A stretch of 64,000 nt of DNA. Origin: Ignavibacteriaceae bacterium (GTDB lineage Bacteria > Bacteroidota > Ignavibacteria > Ignavibacteriales > Ignavibacteriaceae). The position numbers were made by a program, and so were the translations under genes. The notes under the pieces were generated by a model. The model saw nothing but the letters and a program-made list of their open reading frames with translations. It had not been told where the DNA came from and ran no database searches. The stretch's first letter is position 1; each line of letters starts with the position of its first letter. Below are positions 37,199-47,068 of this stretch, piece after piece. Location: positions 574 through 64,573 of the forward strand of contig DAIRCT010000005.1 of assembly GCA_036796535.1 (NCBI GenBank), given 5' to 3'.

Positions 37199-37254
37199 TA
37201 TTTATTAATATATCGGCATGTAACCTATTATAATATTTTGTAAAGTAGATATAA

Positions 37255-37288
37255 AAAATGTCATTCAATAAAAGTTGAATGACATTTT
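37255..37288. terminator. Bidirectional rho-independent terminator between atpC and sod
   Basis: AAAATGTCATTCAA-taaaag-TTGAATGACATTTT, a 14-bp stem with A/T runs on both sides. Confidence 0.8.
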
Positions 37289-37332
37289 ACTTTTTAAATC
37301 ACAAAAAAAGTGATGAAAGAAATTATAATAAA

Positions 37333-38052
37333 TTATACTTTTGAATAAAGCTCATTAACCTTATCCCAGTTCACAACGTTCCACCAGTTTTCAATGTATT
37401 CAGGTCTTCTGTTTTGGTATTTTAAGTAGTAAGCATGTTCCCAAACATCTAATCCTAATATAGGTGTACCTTTTACTTCAGCAACATCCATCAAAGGATT
37501 ATCCTGGTTTGGAGTTGAGGATACAACCAATTTACCATTTTGTACAACTAACCAGGCCCAACCAGAACCAAATCTTGTTGCAGCCGCAGTACTGAATTTA
37601 TTCTTAAATTCATCAAAGTTCCCGAATGTAGAATTAATAGCATCAGCAACTTTACCTGTAGGTTTACCACCGCCATTTTGTTTCATCAGAGTCCAGAAAA
37701 GTGAATGATTCCAGTGTCCGCCGCCATTATTTCTAACTGCTGCAGGAACTTTGGAAGCCATTGCAAATAACTCTTCGAGCGTTTTACCTTCGAGCTCGGT
37801 ACCATCAACAGCTTTGTTGAGATTTGTAACATAAGCATTGTGATGTTTAGTATAATGTATTTCCATTGTCATCTTATCGATGTAAGGTTCCAGCGCATCG
37901 TAAGCATATGGAAGTTTGGGCAATTCAAATTTAGCCATTGTATTTTTACTCCTTATTTTGTTTGAAAAATTTTGTAAGTGATCATCAACTTTACCTAAAG
38001 CAGATACAATAGGAATTGTTCCTAAAGCATAGAGAAATTTTCTTCTTTGCAT
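37333..38052 (-). CDS. Fe/Mn-family superoxide dismutase; long form carries a Tat-like signal, and an internal SD-preceded ATG at 37938 would give the canonical cytoplasmic-length protein
   Basis: The core [21 protein letters not shown]...HHNAYV...DVWEHAYYL is classic Fe/Mn SOD. An upstream in-frame 38 aa reads [20 protein letters not shown].... AGGAG lies 6 nt before ATG 38052, and AAGGAG lies 10 nt before ATG 37938. Confidence 0.85.
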   Translation of the reverse strand: MQRRKFLYALGTIPIVSALGKVDDHLQNFSNKIRSKNTMAKFELPKLPYAYDALEPYIDKMTMEIHYTKHHNAYVTNLNKAVDGTELEGKTLEELFAMASKVPAAVRNNGGGHWNHSLFWTLMKQNGGGKPTGKVADAINSTFGNFDEFKNKFSTAAATRFGSGWAWLVVQNGKLVVSSTPNQDNPLMDVAEVKGTPILGLDVWEHAYYLKYQNRRPEYIENWWNVVNWDKVNELYSKV

Positions 38053-38069
38053 AAATATCTCCTGATTTG

Positions 38070-38420
38070 TTAAACACCGAAAGATTCGCCACACCCGCAG
38101 GTTTTGGTTGCGTTGGGGTTATTAAATACAAATCCTTTTCCGTTTAATCCGTTTGAATAATCTAATTGTGTACCTGATAAATAAAAAAGACTTTTTCCAT
38201 CAACAAATAATCTTATACCATCATATTCAATAAGAGTATCACCTTCACGGGTGGAGGGATCAAATCCAAGAGTATAGGTTAAACCTGAACATCCGCCGCC
38301 CTTAACGCCAATTCTTAAGCCATATTCTGATGGCACTTTATTCTCTTCCATTATTTTTTTTATTTCACTAACGGCTTTTTCAGTAATTGTTATTTCCGAA
38401 TCAATTTGTGTGTTGCTCAT
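38070..38420 (-). CDS. Iron-sulfur cluster insertion/carrier protein, IscA/ErpA/HesB family
   Basis: 116 aa. [17 protein letters not shown] and C-terminal CGCGESFGV. Confidence 0.9.
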   Translation of the reverse strand: MSNTQIDSEITITEKAVSEIKKIMEENKVPSEYGLRIGVKGGGCSGLTYTLGFDPSTREGDTLIEYDGIRLFVDGKSLFYLSGTQLDYSNGLNGKGFVFNNPNATKTCGCGESFGV

Positions 38421-38509
38421 AAAACACCTTTATCAATTTATTAGTTTAACATTTAATTTGCTATAAAATCATAATCTTAATACTGTGCAATAATAAACTA
38501 TTTAACAGA

Positions 38510-38824
38510 TTAATATGAAAATGGATCACCGGGTTTCGAAGTAACAAACTCCGGATAATTTACTTTCCAACCTTGTTGGCTGGTTTTTGTAAAAACACCT
38601 TGATTAACATAATAATCAGAAAGAAGCTTAGAAAGTTCCTCAGCTACTTCATAATTTATACTGATGCCTTTTTTCTCGAAATACCCCATAATTCCGTATT
38701 GTAAATCCTTTGAAAAGAAATTTGAATTGTGGAATAATGGGAACTTAGCTCTTAGGTAATTCAAAAATATCTGATTGTTATTTTTTAGTTCTTCAAAAAG
38801 TTCTGGAATATTTTTATTGCTCAT
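38510..38824 (-). CDS. Hypothetical protein
   Basis: 104-aa ORF, same strand as its neighbours. No recognisable motif. Confidence 0.45.
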   Translation of the reverse strand: MSNKNIPELFEELKNNNQIFLNYLRAKFPLFHNSNFFSKDLQYGIMGYFEKKGISINYEVAEELSKLLSDYYVNQGVFTKTSQQGWKVNYPEFVTSKPGDPFSY

Positions 38825-38920
38825 ATTGTTAGTCTGGTTTTTGATGTTAATGTATTTTGTTAATTAGTTTTGGTTATAAATATAAACATTCTCTGGCTAT
38901 AAATTTATTGCAAATTAAAT

Positions 38921-39328
38921 TCAAATAATCTGCGATAGTTTTGTCTCTTCAAACACTTTGTCTATTTTTTTCTGAACTTCGATCAATGGATCTCTAATTT
39001 CACAACAATTGATACGACTGCAATCTTTTTTAGTTGCATCTGTTTTTAAGCAATCTGTTATCTGATAATTCGGTTCAACTGCCTTAATTAAATCTATAAG
39101 TGAAATCTCAATTGGATTTTTTTTAAGGGTATATCCACCTTTTGCACCTTGAAAAGATATTGCCAAATCACTTTTTACTAAGCTTTGTAAAACTTTAGCA
39201 ACCAGTTCAAACGAAATCTTATAGCTTTCCGAAATTTCTTTAGCAGTTACATAACTGCCATGATTATTTATAGCCATATATTTGGCTGCCATAAATGCAT
39301 ATTCTGATTTTTTGGATAACTTAAGCAT
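38921..39328 (-). CDS. Rrf2-family transcriptional regulator (IscR/NsrR-like, Cys-containing)
   Basis: 135 aa. N-terminal MLKLSKKSEYAFMAAKYMA...AKEISESYKISFELVAKVLQSL winged helix. The Cys cluster C-x9-C-x4-CC (CLKTDATKKDCSRINCC) is a candidate Fe-S ligand set. Confidence 0.8.
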   Translation of the reverse strand: MLKLSKKSEYAFMAAKYMAINNHGSYVTAKEISESYKISFELVAKVLQSLVKSDLAISFQGAKGGYTLKKNPIEISLIDLIKAVEPNYQITDCLKTDATKKDCSRINCCEIRDPLIEVQKKIDKVFEETKLSQII

Positions 39329-39396
39329 AAATAAGACTAAATTAGTCGTGTATAAACTTAAGAATTACAAAAGATAATTGCAACATCAGAATAATT

Positions 39397-40905
39397 CTAA
39401 AAACCTAATAGCTGAATAGATTCTTTAGCTAGATTTATAAGAGGAGTAAAATAAACACCCAATAACAAAGTTGGAGCGAGAAGAACTAAGACTATTACAA
39501 AATTAAGTGGAGATATTTCAATCTCTACATGCTTATCGGTCCTAACCAAAAACAATGCTCTTAGCACACGGATGTAATAATATAGAGCAACAACGGTATT
39601 CAATAAGGCAATGATTGCAACTACAATCATTTTTGCATCAACAAGTGCAATGAATAAATATAATTTGCCGATAAATCCTGCAGTAGGCGGTAATCCGGTA
39701 AGTGATACTAAAAATATTCCAAGTGCGGTTCCGAGGAAGGGTATTGAATAACCCAGTCCCTTGTAATCATCAATATTTTCCGAATCAATTTTATTTGCGA
39801 TCAACATAACAATAAAGAAAGCGCCAAGATTCATAAACAAGTAGATTGAGAAATAAACCAATACTGCAATCAATCCCTGATCTGATAATACAGCAACACC
39901 AAGCATTAAATATCCTGCGTGTGCGATACTTGAATAAGCTAACATTCTCTTTAAATTATCCTGCCAGAGTGCAGCAAAATTTCCAAAAGTCATTGTTATG
40001 ATCGAGAATACTACTAAAAGTGCCCGCCAATCAATATAAGGGATAAGCTGCCAGTAACCGGCTTTGCTTAGACTTTCTGCAAAAGTGATTTTAATAAATC
40101 TTATAAGAACTGCAAATCCGGCAGCTTTACTTGCAACACTAAGAAAAGCAGTAATAGAAATAGGAGCTCCTTCATAAACATCAGGTGTCCAGAAATGGAA
40201 TGGTACAATTGAGATTTTAAATCCAATGCCAGCAAAAATCATTATGACCGAAATTAAAAATGTAATGTCGGGAATATCAGGAAACCGGAGAACTGAATTA
40301 ATTTCGAAAAGATTTGTACTGCCTGTTATTCCATAAAGAATAGAAATTCCAAATAACATTATACCTGATGAAGCAGAACCATAAATAACATATTTTAAAG
40401 ATGCTTCACTATTACGTACAGAGTTTTTAACAAATCCGGCAAGCACATAAGATGATAAAGAAAGTAATTCAATTGATAAATAAATTAAGATTAAATCATT
40501 TGCTGAAACAAGAAAGAACATCCCGATGATCATTCCAAGCATAAGGGAATAATATTCGCCATGTCTATCAGGACAGGATTCCACTTCTTTTGAAGACATT
40601 GAAAACAGAACAATAAAAACTGATGCGATTAGAATTAATATTTTAAAGAATGCAGAAAAACTATCAACGGAAAGAAATGATTTAGTTTCAGAAAATGAAA
40701 ATGCCGCTCTGGAAGTTCCAAACTCAAACAGTACAAAAATAAAAGTTATAGCTAATCCGATTATTGATATAAATGGTAGAAACTTCTTTTGCTTATTAAA
40801 AATTAAATCGAAAATTACTAATGCAATAAGAGTAAAAGATAAAATTATCTCAGGATAGATTGCCTGAATGTTTTCGAATAAATTATTTAATATCAATGTA
40901 ATCAC
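39397..40905 (-). CDS. nuoN: NADH-quinone oxidoreductase subunit N
   Basis: 502 aa, antiporter-like polytopic subunit, last gene of the nuo cluster. Confidence 0.9.
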   Translation of the reverse strand: MITLILNNLFENIQAIYPEIILSFTLIALVIFDLIFNKQKKFLPFISIIGLAITFIFVLFEFGTSRAAFSFSETKSFLSVDSFSAFFKILILIASVFIVLFSMSSKEVESCPDRHGEYYSLMLGMIIGMFFLVSANDLILIYLSIELLSLSSYVLAGFVKNSVRNSEASLKYVIYGSASSGIMLFGISILYGITGSTNLFEINSVLRFPDIPDITFLISVIMIFAGIGFKISIVPFHFWTPDVYEGAPISITAFLSVASKAAGFAVLIRFIKITFAESLSKAGYWQLIPYIDWRALLVVFSIITMTFGNFAALWQDNLKRMLAYSSIAHAGYLMLGVAVLSDQGLIAVLVYFSIYLFMNLGAFFIVMLIANKIDSENIDDYKGLGYSIPFLGTALGIFLVSLTGLPPTAGFIGKLYLFIALVDAKMIVVAIIALLNTVVALYYYIRVLRALFLVRTDKHVEIEISPLNFVIVLVLLAPTLLLGVYFTPLINLAKESIQLLGF

Positions 40906-40920
40906 TTTAAGAAATAAAAA

Positions 40921-42525
40921 TTAAAAAGGTTTAATTGAACTATAAATAACCTGCGCATCACTAATAAATTTTACCATTTGATTAACGGATGCATTCATCA
41001 GGTTTAACATTGGTGAAGGATAAACTCCTAAAAATATTACAATCGCTGAAAGCGGCACTAACATAAAATATTCACGTGCAGTTAAATCAGTAAGAGATTT
41101 CCATTTCTCATTAAACGGACCTAAATAAACTCTCTGAAGTGTCCAGAGCATATAGCCGGCACCCAATAAAATTCCTAGTGTAGAAATAACAGCTAAAATT
41201 CTTGTTGTTCCCGATCCAAATCCACCGAGGAAAACTAGTGCCTCGGAAATAAACCCGCTTAATCCGGGTAAACCAATTGCAGCGAAAAAGGCAACTGTAA
41301 CAAAGCCGGTATATATTGGCATTTGTTTTCCTAATCCACCAAATGCATCCAGATCTCTGGTATGTGCACGATCGTAAACAACTCCAACAATTAAGAAGAG
41401 CATTGCTGTTATTGTACCATGGTTAAACATTTGCAGCACTGCACCTGAAATTCCCATCGTATTAAGTGCTGACATACCAAGCAGCACGTAACCCATATGA
41501 GAAATGGAAGAATAAGCTATCAACTTTTTAAAATCCTTTTGAGCCATAGCTGCCAAAGCACCATAAATAATATTTATCATTCCAAAGAGTGCAATAAACC
41601 AGCTTAACTGATATGTAAGTTCAGGAAATATTGGATATGATACTCTCAATATTCCATAAGTTCCCATTTTAAGTAAAACGCCGGCAAGAATAACGCTTAT
41701 TGCTGTCGGAGCTTCAACGTGTGCATCTGGTAGCCAGGTGTGGAAAGGGAACATTGGTATTTTAATTGCGAACCCAACAAACAATGCAATGAATGCTATA
41801 AATCGAAGATTATTGGGATTCAGCGGGGATAAAATTCCATACTGAGTATAATTATGTGGATTCATCAATTCCAGTAAATTAAATGTAAATACTCTTGACC
41901 CATCTGCCAAGGTTTCCATCGAACTGAAATATAATCCAATCATTACTAATAGAATAAAAATACTTCCAAACAAAGTGTAAAGGAAAAACTTAATCGCTGC
42001 ATATTCTCTTCTTGGTCCGCCCCAAATACCAATTAAGAAGTACATTGGAAGTAACATCAATTCCCAGAAAATGTAGAACAGAAAGAAATCAAGCGCAACA
42101 AAAACGCCCATCATTCCGGTATCAAGAAGAAGGAACATGATAAAATAACCTTTAATGGATTTATCTATACTCCAGGATGAGATAGTTGCGATAAAAGTTA
42201 CAATAGCTGTTAATAGTACAAGTGGTGTACTTAATCCATCAACACCTAAGAAATAATCTATTTTTATTTTTCCAATCCAGGCAAAACCCGGTATTTCAAT
42301 CCATCTGAATTTTTCTATGAACTGAAAAGAATTTGGATCGTTAATTCCACCAGCGGAGTAGTTAAAATTCATCAAAAGAATTATTGATAAAATAACCTGT
42401 AATCCGGTTATAACAAGAGTTGTAACCTTTATAGACAACTCCTGTTTTTTTGGTATGAATAAAACGATTATCATTCCTAAAATGGGAAGGAATGCTAAGA
42501 ACGAAAGTATTGGAAAATTATTCAT
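40921..42525 (-). CDS. nuoM: NADH-quinone oxidoreductase subunit M
   Basis: 534 aa, antiporter-like. Motif FPFHTWLPDAHVEAPTA. Confidence 0.9.
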   Translation of the reverse strand: MNNFPILSFLAFLPILGMIIVLFIPKKQELSIKVTTLVITGLQVILSIILLMNFNYSAGGINDPNSFQFIEKFRWIEIPGFAWIGKIKIDYFLGVDGLSTPLVLLTAIVTFIATISSWSIDKSIKGYFIMFLLLDTGMMGVFVALDFFLFYIFWELMLLPMYFLIGIWGGPRREYAAIKFFLYTLFGSIFILLVMIGLYFSSMETLADGSRVFTFNLLELMNPHNYTQYGILSPLNPNNLRFIAFIALFVGFAIKIPMFPFHTWLPDAHVEAPTAISVILAGVLLKMGTYGILRVSYPIFPELTYQLSWFIALFGMINIIYGALAAMAQKDFKKLIAYSSISHMGYVLLGMSALNTMGISGAVLQMFNHGTITAMLFLIVGVVYDRAHTRDLDAFGGLGKQMPIYTGFVTVAFFAAIGLPGLSGFISEALVFLGGFGSGTTRILAVISTLGILLGAGYMLWTLQRVYLGPFNEKWKSLTDLTAREYFMLVPLSAIVIFLGVYPSPMLNLMNASVNQMVKFISDAQVIYSSIKPF

Positions 42526-42550
42526 TGTACTGATACCTGTTTTTCAAACT

Positions 42551-44626
42551 TTAAGCTTTAAATAAAAAGAGCAGAATTATTATCGAAAAAACTACAAGAA
42601 CAAGATAGGTTTGCACCTTGCCTGTCTGTATTCTTCTAAAAATTAAACCAACAAAACCACTTACATAAGCAGTTAGATTTACAAATCCGTCAATAACGAT
42701 TCTATCAAATCCGCCAATGAAGAATGCAAACATTCTTGTCAATTCAGCGGATCCGTTAACAACCCCATCAATTATTTTCAGATCAAACCACGCGATGAAT
42801 TTGCTCAAACCAATTGTACCTGCAACAAAGGTTTTATCGTATAATTCATCAAAATACCATTTGTTTAATGAGAAAGTGTAGAGAGGTTTGATTGAATTTG
42901 TAAGTTTATCAACATCCACTTTCTTCCATTGATAAAATATGAATGCTACAAAGATTCCGGTTAGGGCTACAATTAAAGATAAAATCATAGCCGGATAATG
43001 AGCAGCGTGCATTGCTTCTGTGTAAACTTCTGAATAAGTAATCTCACCATGGGAAGGATTCGTAATTTCAGAAGCCGTGCTTCTCATAAAATCAAATCGT
43101 GTTTCATTTGGAGCAGATAGAACTGGTGAATTTATCCATTTACTAAAAAACCAACCTTGATCTGCATTGAAAGGATTTGGAGTATAAAAAATAAATATTG
43201 AAAGTATTGCTAAGACAGCTAAAGGCATTGCCATAACAAACGGAGATTCGTGTGCATTCTCAAATTTATGATGATCTTTTGGTTCGCCATGGAATGTAAT
43301 TATAATCAATCGGAACATATAAAATGCTGTCATCAAAGCAACTAAAAATCCAACAGCCGGGAATATCCAATTACCTGTTAATGATGCAAACGCATATGAG
43401 CTTGCAAGAATTCCATCCTTACTTAAAAAGCCCGATGTTAATGGAATACCGGAAATGGCAAGTGAAGCAATTAAAAATGTTGCATAAGTTAATGGTAATT
43501 TTTTTCTTAGTCCGCCCATATTCCTAATATCTTGTTCGTGATGCATGGCATGAATGACTGATCCAGAACCGAGGAATAAGCAAGCTTTGAAAAAGGCATG
43601 TGTTACAAGGTGAAAGAAAGCAAATTTATAAGCTCCAACACCGAGTGCCATAACCATGTATCCGAGTTGAGATACTGTAGAATAAGCTAAAACTTTTTTG
43701 ATATCATTTTGTGTAAGTGCAATCGTGGCAGGTATAAAGGCGGATAACATTCCTATTATAGCCACAAACATCATTGCATCAGCAGTAAGCAAACCGAAAA
43801 TTCTAATGGTTAAATAAACACCAGCGGCAACCATTGTAGCTGCATGGATTAGTGCGCTAACTGGTGTTGGACCTTCCATAGCATCCGGCAGCCAAACATG
43901 AAGAGGGAACTGGGCTGATTTACCAATAGCACCCATAAATAATAAAATACCGGTCATCGTTAACCAAAAATCGGAATTGAAAGGAAGTTTACCGGCAGAA
44001 ATTGAAGTGAATATTTGTTCAAAAGAAAAAGTATGATAAGTTAAATACAAAATCAAAATGCCTGCAAACATTCCGATATCACCGACTCTGTTTACTATGA
44101 ATGCTTTTTTACCAGCATCTGAAGCGGATTTTTTTTCGAACCAAAATCCAATTAAGAGATATGATGATAAGCCAACTAGCTCCCAGAAAATATACATCAT
44201 CAAAATGTTGTGAGTAAGTACAATTCCATTCATTGAAAAAGTAAAAATACCCAGATAAGCAAAATACCTGTTATATCTTTCATCGCCTTTCATATAAGCG
44301 ATTGAAAAATAATGTACAAGTGCACTGATAAGTGCAACTACAAACAACATCAAGACAGTTATATTATCAATTAAAAATCCAAGCTTAATTGAAATTGTAT
44401 CGCTTAATCTAAACCATTCGATTTCAGTAATAATTTTATCATCTATAAAGTAGGAGAGTTTAGCAAATACAACGACGATTGATGCAATTAAAGTTAAGGT
44501 TAAAACTAAAACTTCGAATAGATAGATTGATTTAACTTTTTTACCAAGTAAAAGAGTTACAACAAATCCAAGTAATGGAAGAAATAGAATTGCAAGTGAA
44601 ATATTTATAATTCCGGTTTCAGTCAT
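42551..44626 (-). CDS. nuoL: NADH-quinone oxidoreductase subunit L
   Basis: 691 aa. Motif QFPLHVWLPDAMEGPTPVSALIHAATMV plus the long C-terminal extension typical of NuoL. Confidence 0.9.
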   Translation of the reverse strand: MTETGIINISLAILFLPLLGFVVTLLLGKKVKSIYLFEVLVLTLTLIASIVVVFAKLSYFIDDKIITEIEWFRLSDTISIKLGFLIDNITVLMLFVVALISALVHYFSIAYMKGDERYNRYFAYLGIFTFSMNGIVLTHNILMMYIFWELVGLSSYLLIGFWFEKKSASDAGKKAFIVNRVGDIGMFAGILILYLTYHTFSFEQIFTSISAGKLPFNSDFWLTMTGILLFMGAIGKSAQFPLHVWLPDAMEGPTPVSALIHAATMVAAGVYLTIRIFGLLTADAMMFVAIIGMLSAFIPATIALTQNDIKKVLAYSTVSQLGYMVMALGVGAYKFAFFHLVTHAFFKACLFLGSGSVIHAMHHEQDIRNMGGLRKKLPLTYATFLIASLAISGIPLTSGFLSKDGILASSYAFASLTGNWIFPAVGFLVALMTAFYMFRLIIITFHGEPKDHHKFENAHESPFVMAMPLAVLAILSIFIFYTPNPFNADQGWFFSKWINSPVLSAPNETRFDFMRSTASEITNPSHGEITYSEVYTEAMHAAHYPAMILSLIVALTGIFVAFIFYQWKKVDVDKLTNSIKPLYTFSLNKWYFDELYDKTFVAGTIGLSKFIAWFDLKIIDGVVNGSAELTRMFAFFIGGFDRIVIDGFVNLTAYVSGFVGLIFRRIQTGKVQTYLVLVVFSIIILLFLFKA

Positions 44627-44628
44627 AT

Positions 44629-44940
44629 TTAATCTTTCAAACTATCCACTTCATCGATATTTACAGTTGCTAATGTTTTATAGATGTTCAATACAATTGC
44701 TAAAGCTATTGCTGCCTCTGCGGCGGCAAGAACTATAACAAATAATGCAATCAAATGTCCCTCTAACCCAAAGTTACCGTAACGTGTAAATGCAATAAAA
44801 TTAATGTTTGCAGAATTCAGAACAAGCTCAACACCCATTAAAACCATAATAGCATTTTTACGTGTTACTATTCCATAAATTCCCATAGAAAAAAGAAATG
44901 TACTTACGAAAAGAAAATGATTTAATCCAACCTCAAGCAT
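44629..44940 (-). CDS. nuoK: NADH-quinone oxidoreductase subunit K
   Basis: About 103 aa with 3 TM segments. Start taken at MLEVGLNHFL. The ORF-track start 44958 would overlap nuoJ by 26 nt. Confidence 0.85.
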   Translation of the reverse strand: MLEVGLNHFLFVSTFLFSMGIYGIVTRKNAIMVLMGVELVLNSANINFIAFTRYGNFGLEGHLIALFVIVLAAAEAAIALAIVLNIYKTLATVNIDEVDSLKD

Positions 44941-45433
44941 TTTTTCCTCTCCTTGCAATTGATGCTGCGCCTATCAGTGCAATCAAAAGTATTATTCCAA
45001 GTAATTCAAAAATTAAAAGGTATTCATTAATCAACATATTACCAAGAAGTGCTGTAGTTGGAACCGGCGCTGCTGTTGGCAATGTTTTCCAATTTGAATT
45101 TATCAGTGCTGCCAGTAATGAACCTGTTAAAAGTGCAACTCCAATCGATGCAGGTAAAATATTAATAGTACCAGTTTTAATTTCAACGTTGGTAATTTTG
45201 TTTGTTAGCATCACACCAAAAAGAAGTAAAATTAAAATACCACCTACATAGATTATAAGCTGTACAACTGCAACAAAGTCAGCCCCAAGCAAAACATAGA
45301 TACCTGCGACGCCAAAAAAAGTAAAAAGTAAAAAGAAAGCAGAGTAAACAATGTTTTTGTTAGTTACTACAAAAAATGCAGATATAAGTGTAACCAGAGC
45401 AAACAAATAAAATATTATATCATACATATTCAA
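44933..45433 (-). CDS. nuoJ: NADH-quinone oxidoreductase subunit J
   Basis: 166 aa, hydrophobic, positioned between nuoI and nuoK. Confidence 0.85.
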   Translation of the reverse strand: MNMYDIIFYLFALVTLISAFFVVTNKNIVYSAFFLLFTFFGVAGIYVLLGADFVAVVQLIIYVGGILILLLFGVMLTNKITNVEIKTGTINILPASIGVALLTGSLLAALINSNWKTLPTAAPVPTTALLGNMLINEYLLIFELLGIILLIALIGAASIARRGKNA

Positions 45434-45434
45434 T

Positions 45435-46001
45435 TTATTTTTCCTCTTGCTGATCTTTTTTAATTTCAGGTTTTGGAGTAGAAGCTGCTTTTAGTTTCTC
45501 AGCTTCTTTTTCCGCTGTAAATTTTGCAAAGTTATCTCTTTTCTGCTGTCTTTCTTCAGGAGTAAGATTTGAAAAATCGTAGATAAGATTTTCTCTGTGC
45601 AATTCAGAAAATTCATAAACATCAGTCATATAAATACACTCTGTGGGGCAGGGGAAAACGCAAAGTTGACAGTAACAGCATTTAGCAAAATCAATTGTAA
45701 ATGTTGGAACCCAAAGTGCTTTCTTTTTTCCATTAGATGTTTTACCAAGATCTTCACCAGGTAAAGATTTTACAGTTTCTATAGTAATACAACTAACCGG
45801 GCAAGCCCTTGAACATTGATCGCAGCCAATACAATCATCAATGTTAACATAAAGCCGGTTACGTTCACGTTCAGGCAATTCCGGTTTTATGGATGGGTAT
45901 TGTATTGTAACCGCAGGAGTGAAGAGATGTTTAAAGGTAATCTTCATTCCAATAAAAATTGTAGAAAGTGCAGTAAATATATTTCCGAAATATTCTTTCA
46001 T
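45435..46001 (-). CDS. nuoI: NADH-quinone oxidoreductase subunit I (2x[4Fe-4S])
   Basis: CIGCDQCSRACP and CCYCQLCVFPCP motifs. Charged C-terminal extension. Confidence 0.9.
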   Translation of the reverse strand: MKEYFGNIFTALSTIFIGMKITFKHLFTPAVTIQYPSIKPELPERERNRLYVNIDDCIGCDQCSRACPVSCITIETVKSLPGEDLGKTSNGKKKALWVPTFTIDFAKCCYCQLCVFPCPTECIYMTDVYEFSELHRENLIYDFSNLTPEERQQKRDNFAKFTAEKEAEKLKAASTPKPEIKKDQQEEK

Positions 46002-47068
46002 TATAAAAGTGTTATCAATCCGATTATTAAAAGATTAACGAATGCAATAGGAATTAAATATTTCCAGCTTGTGGTCATAAGCTGATCAACTCTTAACCTT
46101 GGCAAGGTCCATCGCAACCACATTTGAACTGAAACAAAAAATAAACCTTTAATCGCAAACCAGAAAAATTGTTCGATAGGTATCAACCAGTGTGCATTGA
46201 TAAGATTGCCTAAATATCCAAAAGGTGATTGATATCCACCAAAGAACAAAGCAACAACGATTGCCGATACGATAAACATATTTGCATATTCTGATAAAAA
46301 GAACATAGCGAATTTCATCCCGGAATATTCAGTATGATAACCCGATACCAATTCTGATTCAGCTTCAGGAATGTCAAAAGGTGTTCTGTTAACTTCTGCC
46401 AGAGTGCTGATATAAATAACTAAGAAGCCAATAAACATAAAAGGAATCAAAAGAAATTTTGTAAGAGAGGTTCCTGGCCCACCAAAGATAAGCCAATTCC
46501 AAAAATAACCGGTTTGCATTTCGCTTAATGTAGTTAGGTTCATTGTACCGGTTATCATTACGATACTTAAAATGATAAGCAAAGTTGGAATCTCGTAACT
46601 TATAATCTGGGCTACTGAGCGCATTGAGCCAAGTAAAGAATATTTATTGTTAGAAGCCCAGCCAGCCATTAAAATTCCAATTACTCCCAATCCTGATATA
46701 GCAATAATGTAGATAATTCCTAAATCAATATTGGATCCAATTAAATAACTACTAAGTGGAATAGCAGCAAGGGCTGCAAAAGAGCCGGTAAAGACAACTA
46801 TTGGTGCAAGATTAAAAAGTGGTTTATCATTTTCTTTTGCAACAATGTCTTCTTTTTGAATAAGCTTTAACATATCTGCAAAGAGTTGAAGAGTTCCATG
46901 ATAACCAACTCTCATTGGTCCAAGTCGATCTTGCATGTGTCCGGAAATTTTTCTCTCGAGATATACAGCAAGGATTACATAAAGCAAAATAAAAGTAAGC
47001 GGGAATAAGCTGATTATTATTGTGGAAATTATTCCGCTGCCAGTGAGATTATATAAGTAATCGTACAT
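46001..47068 (-). CDS. nuoH: NADH-quinone oxidoreductase subunit H
   Basis: 355 aa. ERKISGHMQDRLGPMRVG and NRTPFDIPEAESELVSGYHTEYSG motifs. Confidence 0.92.
   Translation of the reverse strand: MYDYLYNLTGSGIISTIIISLFPLTFILLYVILAVYLERKISGHMQDRLGPMRVGYHGTLQLFADMLKLIQKEDIVAKENDKPLFNLAPIVVFTGSFAALAAIPLSSYLIGSNIDLGIIYIIAISGLGVIGILMAGWASNNKYSLLGSMRSVAQIISYEIPTLLIILSIVMITGTMNLTTLSEMQTGYFWNWLIFGGPGTSLTKFLLIPFMFIGFLVIYISTLAEVNRTPFDIPEAESELVSGYHTEYSGMKFAMFFLSEYANMFIVSAIVVALFFGGYQSPFGYLGNLINAHWLIPIEQFFWFAIKGLFFVSVQMWLRWTLPRLRVDQLMTTSWKYLIPIAFVNLLIIGLITLL

Noticed and set aside
38053-38094. Longest SOD start ([14 protein letters not shown]...)
   Set aside because: It overlaps the 3' end of iscA/erpA by 25 nt and has no SD. 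ATG 38052 has an AGGAG and starts exactly at the Tat n-region.
44898-45251. 117-aa plus-strand ORF within the nuo operon. The same applies to 47851..48132, 45816..46085, 49051..49308 and 43324..43527.
   Set aside because: All are antisense to well-supported nuo genes and are typical shadow ORFs.
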